From: Gemmatimonadota bacterium
GTDB taxonomy: Bacteria > Gemmatimonadota > Gemmatimonadetes > Gemmatimonadales > GWC2-71-9
DNA length: 43,043 nt
Assembly: GCA_039584755.1 (NCBI GenBank)
Contig: JBDGXD010000003.1
Location: 1 to 43,043 of the forward strand
Direction: 5' to 3'
The translations under genes were made by a program, and so were the position numbers. Below the pieces are notes generated by a model. That model saw only the letters and a program-made list of their open reading frames with translations. It was not told where the DNA came from and made no database searches. Of this stretch, positions 8,799 to 17,017 are shown in pieces; within the stretch, counting starts at the first letter, position 1, and every line of letters starts with the position of its first letter.

Positions 8799-10919
8799 TT
8801 ACCGCCCTGCACTTTCGAGCTCTATAAAGTACGCTTCCCGCCGGTCGCGAATGCGGCGGATGTACAGCACAGGCTCGAGACAACGACAGTAGCCGTACCG
8901 TGTGCGGCTGTGATACTCGCGCTTAGCCAACAGTGGCATTACGTCCTCGACACCGCCGAACCATACGTTGGGATCACCACCCAACTCTGCAGTCAGCCGT
9001 CGAGCATCACCCACGTGACCGTACCCGGCGTTGTACGATGCCAAGGCAAACCACAATCGATCTTCCGGTGTGGCGGCGTCATCGGTCATGCCGTAGAGGC
9101 GCCGCAGGTAGAAGGTGCCCGCCTTTATGCTATGCTCTGGAACGGTCAACGAGTCGAACCCGAACCCTCGCGCTGTGCTGGGCAGCATCTGCATCAACCC
9201 CACCGCACCCGCGAAAGATTCCGCATCGGGATCGAAGCGGCTCTCCTGAAACATCTGTGATGTGACCATCAACCAATCGAACGCGTATCTGTCGGCGTAT
9301 CTACGTACGATGTCATCGTAGGGTGAGATAACCCCACTCCTCGACACGCGTTCGGTGGCCCGCCTTCGCACCCCACTGGCATTCCCGAAATATTTCTTGC
9401 GGGTGACGTTGTAATACCAGCCGCGGTACATCTGCTGCAGAAACGCATCCATCGCCGCCTTGAGCTCCACGCTGCTCTCCCGCACCATCCAACCGTGAGG
9501 CATTGAATCACTCACCGGGAACAAACCCACGATATCGTCGCGCCACGTCAACTCGATCTCGAGCATATCGCTGTCAGCGATCGTCAGGTCGTACTGGCCA
9601 GAGGCCACCCCTGCGATAATCTCCTCGGTCTCCATGTCCTCGTTTGCGGCAACGATGTTCACACCGATGCCTTCGCTCTCGAGCCGCTGCGCCGTGTTCC
9701 AGTAGGTACTGGCACGCCTCACCACGAGCGTCCGTCCCGCCAGATCAGCTGGTGTTGCCAGCGTTGAATCGCCCGGTCGTGCAACGAGGATCTCGCGGAC
9801 CCATGCAGTCGGCCGCGAGAAGGTCACCGGGCCTTCCTCCCGAGCCGCAGTGGCCGTGAGCCCGGCTGCGACCATATCGCCACGACCTTCCAGCAGCCAA
9901 CTCAGCATACCAATCCTGGTCGGGACCACGATGAACTCGACCTGGACACCCAAGCTGTCAGCAAACGCCTTGGCCAGGTCGTGCTCGAATCCCATGATCT
10001 CGCCATGCCACACGAAGTAGGCGGCCGCGTTGTTCCGAGTGAGCACGCGCAAGACTCTGCGCTCCCTGATTCCTTCCAAATCGCCGGCAAAGATGTCGCT
10101 GCGATCGGTCTCGGGATTGTAATGTCCGACGTAGTCGTTTACGGCAGCCAGCAACTCGGTGTTCTCGCGCCGGACACCCCAGGCGAGGTGTCGTCCTTCG
10201 GCAACGACTAGCCCCGCATGGAGATTCGGCTGATAGGCAGACACCTCTTCGATCAGGATATCGTCAGCCACCGTCGCACCGTAACTGCCGCGCGCAACAC
10301 GATGCAGGATCTGTTCGGTCGTCAGATCCTCGGGCGCCTCGGCGATCGTGAAGTCGGAGCCTTCAAGACCCTCCAGCGTTTCCCGAAATGCCGACGACCG
10401 CCGCACCGTGATCTCACGGCCAGACAGATCGTCCAGTGACTCGATGGGCGCGGAATCGACAGTCACGATGCGCTCCCGCACCGTTCTCAGTGGATTGCTG
10501 AATGCGATCTGCTCAGAGCGCGCCGGGGTGACAGTCAGGTTGGCGGCGATGATGTCGCCCTGTCCCTCGATTAACGCCGGAATCAGGTCGTCATGTTCGT
10601 CGACCCAGACCCACTGCGGGTCGAGATCCTGTAGCCGCACAAACTCCTCGACCAGGCGCCGCTCCAACGACACGTAGTGCGGTTGTCTCGGTAAGCCACT
10701 CACGCTGGCTGGAGGCGGGGACAGGATGCGTATCCGACCGCCTCCTGCCAGAGTGGTCAAGTCACCACGCTCCAGGTCCGCTTGCTCGACATCTGGTGTG
10801 AAATCACGCTCGCCGTCACACGCGCCGAGCCCGGGGGTCATCAGCACAACACAGCAAGCAAGCAGGGCCTTGGCCGTGTTTCGGGAGACAGTAGTGAGGC
10901 AAGAGAAGTATGTCAGCAT
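8799..10919 (-). CDS. mltF: MltF-like lytic transglycosylase with two tandem periplasmic-binding (SBP_bac_3) domains
   Basis: Two PBP modules (GDIIAANLTVTPAR; GDMVAAGLTATAAR) followed by an SLT domain (QMFQESRFDP, GAVGLMQMLP, ALASYNAGYGHV). Lipobox-like GLGAC. The start is uncertain (10919 preferred over 10967). Confidence 0.88.
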   Translation of the reverse strand: MLTYFSCLTTVSRNTAKALLACCVVLMTPGLGACDGERDFTPDVEQADLERGDLTTLAGGGRIRILSPPPASVSGLPRQPHYVSLERRLVEEFVRLQDLDPQWVWVDEHDDLIPALIEGQGDIIAANLTVTPARSEQIAFSNPLRTVRERIVTVDSAPIESLDDLSGREITVRRSSAFRETLEGLEGSDFTIAEAPEDLTTEQILHRVARGSYGATVADDILIEEVSAYQPNLHAGLVVAEGRHLAWGVRRENTELLAAVNDYVGHYNPETDRSDIFAGDLEGIRERRVLRVLTRNNAAAYFVWHGEIMGFEHDLAKAFADSLGVQVEFIVVPTRIGMLSWLLEGRGDMVAAGLTATAAREEGPVTFSRPTAWVREILVARPGDSTLATPADLAGRTLVVRRASTYWNTAQRLESEGIGVNIVAANEDMETEEIIAGVASGQYDLTIADSDMLEIELTWRDDIVGLFPVSDSMPHGWMVRESSVELKAAMDAFLQQMYRGWYYNVTRKKYFGNASGVRRRATERVSRSGVISPYDDIVRRYADRYAFDWLMVTSQMFQESRFDPDAESFAGAVGLMQMLPSTARGFGFDSLTVPEHSIKAGTFYLRRLYGMTDDAATPEDRLWFALASYNAGYGHVGDARRLTAELGGDPNVWFGGVEDVMPLLAKREYHSRTRYGYCRCLEPVLYIRRIRDRREAYFIELESAGR

Positions 10920-11012
10920 CCGGAGAAGATGTGGCGTTGCGGCACCGTGCGCGAGGCCGCACGGCAATCCACCCGCTGCCGGTGGGGCGGACGGACCGCC
11001 AACAACAGCCTT

Positions 11013-11239
11013 ATGTCGACGGACAACGGGCTGATGTCCACGGACAATAGACTGCCGTCGACGGACAAATGGCTGTTGTCCACGGACAAATGGCTGTTGT
11101 CGATGGACATTCGTCTGTTGTCCACGGCATTCGTCTGCTGTCGACGGACATTCGCCTGTTGTCGACGGACAAATGGCTGTTGTCCACGGACAAATGGCCG
11201 CTGTCGATGGACGAACGGCTGATGTACACGGACAACCGG
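11013..11239 (+). repeat. Tandem array A: about 11 copies of a 21-bp unit, consensus (t/a/c)TGTC(g/c)ACGGACAAATGGCTG
   Basis: Units start at 11013, 11034, 11055, 11076, 11097, 11118 (20 bp, 1-nt deletion), 11138, 11159, 11180, 11201 and 11222 (18 bp). There are no spacers. Confidence 0.97.
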
Positions 11240-11365
11240 GCCGAAATTCAGGTAAGCCGCGCCGAAATTCGGGTAAGGCGTGCCGAGATTCAGGTAACGC
11301 ATGCCGAAGTTCAGGTAAGCCGTGCCGAAATTCGGGTAAGGCGTGTCGAAATTCAGATCGGGCCG
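11240..11365 (+). repeat. Tandem array B: 6 copies of a different 21-bp unit, consensus GCCGAAATTC(a/g)GGTAAG(c/g)CGT
   Basis: Units start at 11240, 11261, 11282, 11303, 11324 and 11345 (the last is degenerate). Units 2 and 5 are identical. The array abuts array A with no gap. Confidence 0.97.
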
Positions 11366-11413
11366 TGGCGCCGAAGGACGAGAACCAGGCGTTTCCTGCG
11401 GGTAAACCGGGCT

Positions 11414-11470
11414 CGGCTTTCTGTCGCTTGAAGCGACGGCAGGCCGGGTCCGCGGAGGGGGGATCCGTGG
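11414..11470. other. Two adjacent stem-loops downstream of the repeat arrays
   Basis: CTGTCGCT-TGA-AGCGACGG (11421-11439), extended by CGGCTT/AGGCCG, and CCGCGGA-N7-TCCGTGG (11450-11470). Both use G.U pairs. Confidence 0.4.
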
Positions 11471-11510
11471 CCGACCAGACCGTCGCTGAAACCTCGGGCG
11501 CGATCGGCCG

Positions 11511-11544
11511 TATAGTATGACATCATAGTATGATTCCATATCAT
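11511..11544. promoter_or_regulatory. Operator/promoter-like site upstream of padR-2
   Basis: TATGA-CA-TCATA inverted repeat (11516-11527), direct repeat ATAGTATGA at 11512 and 11525, and ATGAT-N5-ATCAT (11530-11544). Contains -10-like hexamers TATAGT and TATGAT in an AT-rich patch. Confidence 0.6.
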
Positions 11545-11561
11545 GGTCACTGGGGGCGTCG

Positions 11562-11894
11562 GTGGGGCTCAAACAACATTGGTTTCACATCCTCTTGGCT
11601 CTCGCCGAGGGAGCTACACACGGCGCCGAGATCCGACGGAGAGTGGTTGACCACTCCGACGGCACACTCAAACTGTATCCGGCAATGCTCTATGGCTCGT
11701 TGGAGGATCTTCAAGCTGGCGACCTGATCGCCGAGGTAGAAGATCGATCGGGACGTCCGGAAGGTGAGAACGAGCGCTACCGCTATTACCGATTGACGCC
11801 CGCCGGCCGCAAAGCACTCGCGGTAGAGACAAAGCGATTGGAACAAGTCACGCGCATTGCGCGGGAGGCGATGGCCACGGGGAGGGTTCGGTGA
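11562..11894 (+). CDS. PadR-family transcriptional regulator
   Basis: LKQHWFHILLAL...HGAEI...LYPAMLYGSL...RYRYYRLTPAGR. GTG start with GGGGG upstream. Confidence 0.92.
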   Translation: MGLKQHWFHILLALAEGATHGAEIRRRVVDHSDGTLKLYPAMLYGSLEDLQAGDLIAEVEDRSGRPEGENERYRYYRLTPAGRKALAVETKRLEQVTRIAREAMATGRVR

Positions 11895-14611
11895 ACTCAC
11901 GGACGCCTGACGGGAAGCAGCCTGGCGAACGCTACTTCCGAGTCCTGTTGCGTTGTCTTCCATCCGAATTGCGCTCCCGCCACGAGGCAGAACTCGTTGA
12001 TGTCTTCGCGGAAACGCGCAACGAGTTGGGCCGACGGCCGGGCATCACATGTCTGCTGCGCTTCTACGCCGGTATCACCGCGGACGTGTTGCGACGTCGT
12101 TTCGAACGAAAGAAACAGACCCGGCGGGCTGCTGCACGGTCCGGCCTCCGCATCGCCTTGCCACGCTGGTTGTTCGAGTTACGGCAGGACACGGTCTATG
12201 GCATCCGCAGCCTGACCCGCTCCAAGACATTCACCGTCATCGCAGTTCTGTCTCTAGCCTTGGGTATCGGCGTCAACACGGGGATGTTCACGTTCGTGAA
12301 CACCACGCTGAAACCAGTACCGGGTGTCAACCACGCGGAACGAGTGGTAGAGGTCCTCGGCACGAGTCAGGGTCGGGAGATGGAAGTCTGGGCATACCCG
12401 GACTTCAAGGACGTACGAGAGACTACGGTCCCCATCGAGCTCGCCGGCTGGAAAATGAGGGACGGTAGCCTCACTACGGGACAGGGTGGGGAGCGCGTTC
12501 GAGTGATGTACGTGTCGGCAAGCTACTTACACGTGCTGGGAGTCGTGCCTGCGCGAGGCCGTGACTTTCTTGCGTCGGAAGATGTGAGCCCCGGTCAGCA
12601 CCCGGTTGCCATCGTGAGTCATGCCATGTGGCAGAACCGGCTCGACGGCAACAGCGACATAATCGGCAGCACGATTACACTGAACCAGACACCCTACACC
12701 GTGATCGGTGTGGCTCCGGAGGAGTTCACCGGACACCGACCACTCCAAGCCGGCATGGACCTGTGGGTCCCACTCATGCAGGACCGTTGGGTCGCCGGCA
12801 AGAACGGCATGGCGGACAATCGGGACAGTCGTTGGTTGCGTGTGTTGGGAAGGCTGCGAGAAGGCGCAACGATAGACGACGCGAATGCGGCATTGCAGAC
12901 AGTCTTCACTCGACTGGAACAGCAATACCCCGAGAGCAATGAGGACCGCGGAGCACGTGCTCATCCGTTCAAATCCATTCAGGCCATGGGTCGTGCACAG
13001 TCGATGATGGCTGTCTACGGTCTGTTCGTGCTCCTGGGGGTAGTGCTGCTCATCATCTGCGGCAACGTGACCGGCATGGTGCTGGCTCGCAGCGCAACCA
13101 GGGAACGGGAGATCTCACTGCGTCTGGCACTCGGTTCCGGTAGAGGACGCTTGGTTCGGTTGCTCATGGTGGAAGCACTCTTGCTTGCGCTGGTGGGTGC
13201 CGCATTGGGTGTGGTCTTTGCCTACTGGGGATCGCTGGCCTTGATGACAATTGCCCCACCGTTGCCAGACGGAAGTTTCTTGGATGTCCGGCCCAACGGC
13301 GCGATCCTCGGCTATACGCTGACAATGGCTCTTGCCGCCACCCTGGCTGTTGGCCTGATTCCAGCTATCCGCTTCAGTCGCCCTGAACTGGTCTCGTCGC
13401 TGAAAGACGACACCGGTGTCGGCGGCCGTCGCGTCGGTCGTATTCACCGCATCGCCGCGTCGGCCCAGACCGGAGTCGCGCTCATACTGTTGGTACTCTG
13501 TACGCTGAGTCTCCGAGCCGTCGGTACGATGGGCCGGCGAGACCTGGGGTTCGAGCCGCACAACCTGCTGGTGGCACGGATCGACCTCGGCCAAACCGGC
13601 GACGAGGCTGTGGAAGATGCCAGTGTCTTCCTCAACCGGATGAACGAGTCGGTCGGTTCGTTGCCCGGCGTTGATTCCTGGACTGTAGCCGACGGGATCC
13701 CGCTCGACCTGGTGGGTAACTTCACCTCCGTTTCACGCGCTGATCGACCGGACGAGACGGCCGGACGAGTTACCGTCGAGTTCACCCTTGCAACAGAAGG
13801 ATTCTTCGAAACGGTAGGAACACCAATCCTGAGGGGTCGCGGCTTTCAGATCACCGATGATGCGACTTCAGAACCCGTAGTCGTCATCACTCAAGGACTG
13901 GGAGAGCGGATGTGGCCTGGTGAGGAGGCGTTGGGTAAGCATCTGCGACTGTCGATCCGTACCCGTGAAAGCAGAGAGTACAGTGTGATCGGTGTGGTCG
14001 GTCACGTCTCTTCGAGCAGGGCCACAGAGGACTGGCCCCAGGTATTCGTCCCGTTGTGGCAAACCTTCCACCAGAGAATCATGGTGGCAGTGAGAGCGAC
14101 GACAGATGCGCTGGCGTTGGTGAGACCGTTTCAGTCGGCGATCATGGCAGCCGAACCAAGTCTGCCTATCCCGACGATAACTACCTCCGAGTCTCTGGTG
14201 ACACGCAGCACCGAGGGCCAGAGAATGACAGCCCAAATGGGCGCCTGGTTTGGCCTCCTGGCACTGCTGCTATCAGCCATAGGTGTTTACGGAGTAGTCG
14301 CGTTCGCGGTAACTAACCGCACCCGTGAGATCGGTGTTCGCATGGCGCTGGGTGCAACACGTGAAGGGGTCTTACGTACCGTACTCGGTGATGCTCTGCG
14401 CTTGGCCGTACCGGGCTTGGTAATTGGCGGGATACTGGCAGTTGGCACAGGCTTCGCTATTCGATCCACTCTGCTGGGTGTGAGCCCGATGGATCCGATC
14501 TCGTTTGGAATCGTAATCGGCATCCTGGTTCTGGTGGTGCTGTTGGCCAGCATTGTCCCAGCCAAGAGGGCATCGGGCACCAATCCGATGGAGGCGTTGC
14601 GGTGTGAGTGA
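11891..14611 (+). CDS. ADOP-family duplicated orphan ABC permease
   Basis: Motifs SLALGIGVNTGMF, LLIICGNV, REISLRLALG, GVYGVVAFAVTNRTREIGVRMALGA and PMEALRCE. GTGA overlap with padR. Confidence 0.93.
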   Translation: MNSRTPDGKQPGERYFRVLLRCLPSELRSRHEAELVDVFAETRNELGRRPGITCLLRFYAGITADVLRRRFERKKQTRRAAARSGLRIALPRWLFELRQDTVYGIRSLTRSKTFTVIAVLSLALGIGVNTGMFTFVNTTLKPVPGVNHAERVVEVLGTSQGREMEVWAYPDFKDVRETTVPIELAGWKMRDGSLTTGQGGERVRVMYVSASYLHVLGVVPARGRDFLASEDVSPGQHPVAIVSHAMWQNRLDGNSDIIGSTITLNQTPYTVIGVAPEEFTGHRPLQAGMDLWVPLMQDRWVAGKNGMADNRDSRWLRVLGRLREGATIDDANAALQTVFTRLEQQYPESNEDRGARAHPFKSIQAMGRAQSMMAVYGLFVLLGVVLLIICGNVTGMVLARSATREREISLRLALGSGRGRLVRLLMVEALLLALVGAALGVVFAYWGSLALMTIAPPLPDGSFLDVRPNGAILGYTLTMALAATLAVGLIPAIRFSRPELVSSLKDDTGVGGRRVGRIHRIAASAQTGVALILLVLCTLSLRAVGTMGRRDLGFEPHNLLVARIDLGQTGDEAVEDASVFLNRMNESVGSLPGVDSWTVADGIPLDLVGNFTSVSRADRPDETAGRVTVEFTLATEGFFETVGTPILRGRGFQITDDATSEPVVVITQGLGERMWPGEEALGKHLRLSIRTRESREYSVIGVVGHVSSSRATEDWPQVFVPLWQTFHQRIMVAVRATTDALALVRPFQSAIMAAEPSLPIPTITTSESLVTRSTEGQRMTAQMGAWFGLLALLLSAIGVYGVVAFAVTNRTREIGVRMALGATREGVLRTVLGDALRLAVPGLVIGGILAVGTGFAIRSTLLGVSPMDPISFGIVIGILVLVVLLASIVPAKRASGTNPMEALRCE

Positions 14612-14668
14612 GCCCGTTCAGGATTCGAAGCCAGCCGGCTGAATTGGGAACGTCGATAACCTGGCTCA

Positions 14669-14698
14669 GTGTGTCACAAAGCCGTATCGTTGACACAC
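14669..14698. promoter_or_regulatory. Inverted repeat immediately before the kinase start codon
   Basis: GTGTGTCA-N14-TGACACAC, with a -10-like TATCGT (14685-14690) in the spacer. The ATG at 14700 has no Shine-Dalgarno sequence. Confidence 0.4.
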
Positions 14699-14699
14699 G

Positions 14700-16976
14700 A
14701 TGACCGACATCATCGAACGCCTCAACGTGGCCCTGTCAGGCCGCTACAACGTCGAGCGCGAGCTCGGCAGCGGTGGAATGGCGCTTGTCTTCCTTGCCCA
14801 CGACAAGAAACCCAAACGCCCGATTGCACTCAAAGTGTTGCGGCCCGAACTCGCGGCTACCATCGGCCTCGAGCGGTTTCTCCGCGAAATCGAGATTGCG
14901 GCCAAACTAACCCATCCGAACATCCTTGCACTGCACGACTGTGGCGAAGCCGACGGCCTGCTCTACTACACCATGCCGTATGTCACCGGGGAATCATTGA
15001 GAGATCGCATCCAGCAGGACAGACAACTCCCGATTGACGATGCGCTCACAATAACCAGGGAGGTCGCCGATGCCATGAGCCACGCGCATTCGCTTGGCAT
15101 CGTGCATCGTGACATCAAGCCAGAGAACGTGCTATTTCAAGCCGGGCACGCTGTGGTTTCCGACTTTGGGATCGCGTGTGCTGTATCCGCGGCCGGCGGT
15201 GAACGGCTGACAGAAACAGGTTTCGCGGTCGGCACCCCAGCATACATGTCACCCGAGCAAGCCATGGGTGACGGCGAGATCGACGCCAGGAGCGACATCT
15301 ACAGTCTCGGCTGCATGCTCTATGAGATGCTGGCCGGCGATCCCCCCTTCACCGCATCCACGGCGCAAGCACTGCTGGCACGCAAGTCGATCGAGCAGGT
15401 ACCGGCGATATCAAATGTGCGTGAGACGGTACCACGATGTGTTGAGCAAGCAATTACCACGGCACTCGCCAGAGTTCCCGCTGACCGTTACGCGACGGCG
15501 CTGGACTTCTCGGCGGCCCTTGCAGAAGGGACAGAGTCAATAGCAAGCGCGATCGATCGGTCGGCGATTGCGGTGCTCCCGTTCACGAACATGAGTGCCG
15601 ATCCCGAGAACGAATACTTCAGTGACGGGATCACCGAAGAGATCATCAACGCCGTAGCAGGAGTTTCCAATCTGCGGGTTACCGCTCGAACTTCGGCCTT
15701 TCAGTTCAAGGGCAAGGAGTACGACGTTCGTGAGATAGGCCGCAAGTTGAACGTGGGGACTGTGTTGGAGGGCAGTGTTAGAAAGGCGGGAAAAAGGGTA
15801 CGCGTCACGGCACAACTCATCGAGGTTGCAGACGGATACCACTTGTGGTCGGAGCGGTTCGATCGTGACCTAGAAGACGTCTTCGCCATTCAGGACGAGA
15901 TCTCACTCGCCATCGCCGACCGATTGAAGACCGAACTGGTCTCGGGCAAACAGCCGGCCACAACCGATGCGCCGGAGGACTACCGACCCAAGCCCGCGGC
16001 TTACGACGCTTATCTGCGTGGCCGCTATCACCGGCAGCGGATGTTTGCCGGTGGTGACGCAATCGAGAAGACGAGAGCGAGTTACCGCGAGGCAATCGAG
16101 ATCGATCCAGAGTTTGCCCTACCCTACAGCGCCCTGGCCGAGCTGCACATCGTTCTCGCCATCGGCTTCGCGGTCCAACCGGGTCGTGAACTCATGCCCG
16201 AAGCCAAACAGGTAGCTGATAAGGCACTCTCCCTCAACCCGAACCTCGCCGAGGCACAGTTGGCAAGAGGGCTCGTGGCGATGTATTACGACTGGGACTA
16301 CCCGGCGGCAAAGTCTGGGATCGACAGGGCGATTGCCATCAACCCCAGCTTTGTGGACGCGCATTTCTGGAACGAGTTCTACTACAGTTACGTGGAGCGG
16401 GACTTCGAACAGGCGGTGGCCGCAAACAGGCGTGCACAGGAGCTGGACCCGCTAGACCTCAACATCACGTCACGTCTCGGGCAGGTCTTGCTGCTGTTCG
16501 ATCACTTCGATGAGGCCATCGAGCTACTGGAAGGAATCCTGCGGACCGATCCCGACCATATGGTCACGCATATCGAACTCGCGGACGCTTATCGCCGCAG
16601 CGGCAATTATGCAAATGCAAATGCAGCGGCCGAACGCGCAATAGAATTATCGGGTCGGGCAGTGGCAGCGATTAGCATCGCCGCCTTCGTGGCTGCAACA
16701 TCTGGTGAGGTACTAAGAGCACAGGAGCTGTGCCACGAACTCGCCGAACGCACGCAGAACGGGTACGTGTGCCCCTTCTGGCTCGCCGTGTTGCACGCCG
16801 CGATGGGTGAGATGGACCGTGCGTTCGACTATCTCACCGAGGCTCTGCGGGATCACGATCCCAATCTCCTATACCTCTCCGCGGTGCCGCGCTTGATAGG
16901 ATGGCGCTCCGACCCGCGTTACGAACGCCTACTGGGCGACATCGGCTTGGGGCATCTGTTGGAGGCCAAGCCCTAA
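14700..16976 (+). CDS. Hanks-type Ser/Thr protein kinase with TolB_N-like domain and TPR repeats
   Basis: Kinase motifs LGSGGMA, IALKVL, HRDIKPEN, DFG, GTPAYMSPEQ and SDIYSLG. Then SIAVLPFTNMS.DPENEYFSDGITEEII...LEGSVRKAG, followed by TPR-like helices. Confidence 0.95.
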   Translation: MTDIIERLNVALSGRYNVERELGSGGMALVFLAHDKKPKRPIALKVLRPELAATIGLERFLREIEIAAKLTHPNILALHDCGEADGLLYYTMPYVTGESLRDRIQQDRQLPIDDALTITREVADAMSHAHSLGIVHRDIKPENVLFQAGHAVVSDFGIACAVSAAGGERLTETGFAVGTPAYMSPEQAMGDGEIDARSDIYSLGCMLYEMLAGDPPFTASTAQALLARKSIEQVPAISNVRETVPRCVEQAITTALARVPADRYATALDFSAALAEGTESIASAIDRSAIAVLPFTNMSADPENEYFSDGITEEIINAVAGVSNLRVTARTSAFQFKGKEYDVREIGRKLNVGTVLEGSVRKAGKRVRVTAQLIEVADGYHLWSERFDRDLEDVFAIQDEISLAIADRLKTELVSGKQPATTDAPEDYRPKPAAYDAYLRGRYHRQRMFAGGDAIEKTRASYREAIEIDPEFALPYSALAELHIVLAIGFAVQPGRELMPEAKQVADKALSLNPNLAEAQLARGLVAMYYDWDYPAAKSGIDRAIAINPSFVDAHFWNEFYYSYVERDFEQAVAANRRAQELDPLDLNITSRLGQVLLLFDHFDEAIELLEGILRTDPDHMVTHIELADAYRRSGNYANANAAAERAIELSGRAVAAISIAAFVAATSGEVLRAQELCHELAERTQNGYVCPFWLAVLHAAMGEMDRAFDYLTEALRDHDPNLLYLSAVPRLIGWRSDPRYERLLGDIGLGHLLEAKP

Positions 16977-17017
16977 GGCAACGCGTCCGGCATCACTCCG
17001 AGCAAGGCTGGCTGTCG

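Noticed and set aside
11013-11365. CRISPR array
   Set aside because: The units are contiguous 21-mers with no unique spacers, and there are no cas genes in the window.
11543-11561. ATG at 11543 as the padR-2 start, implying a frameshift
   Set aside because: It is out of frame, and GTG 11562 with upstream GGGGG already gives a complete PadR domain.
10782-11572. ORFs 10782-11222, 10913-11572, 11011-11235, 11069-11431 and 11173-11520 as confident genes
   Set aside because: They are open mainly because the repeat units lack stops in several frames. None has a clear RBS or family motif, so coding is kept only as a hypothesis under findings.
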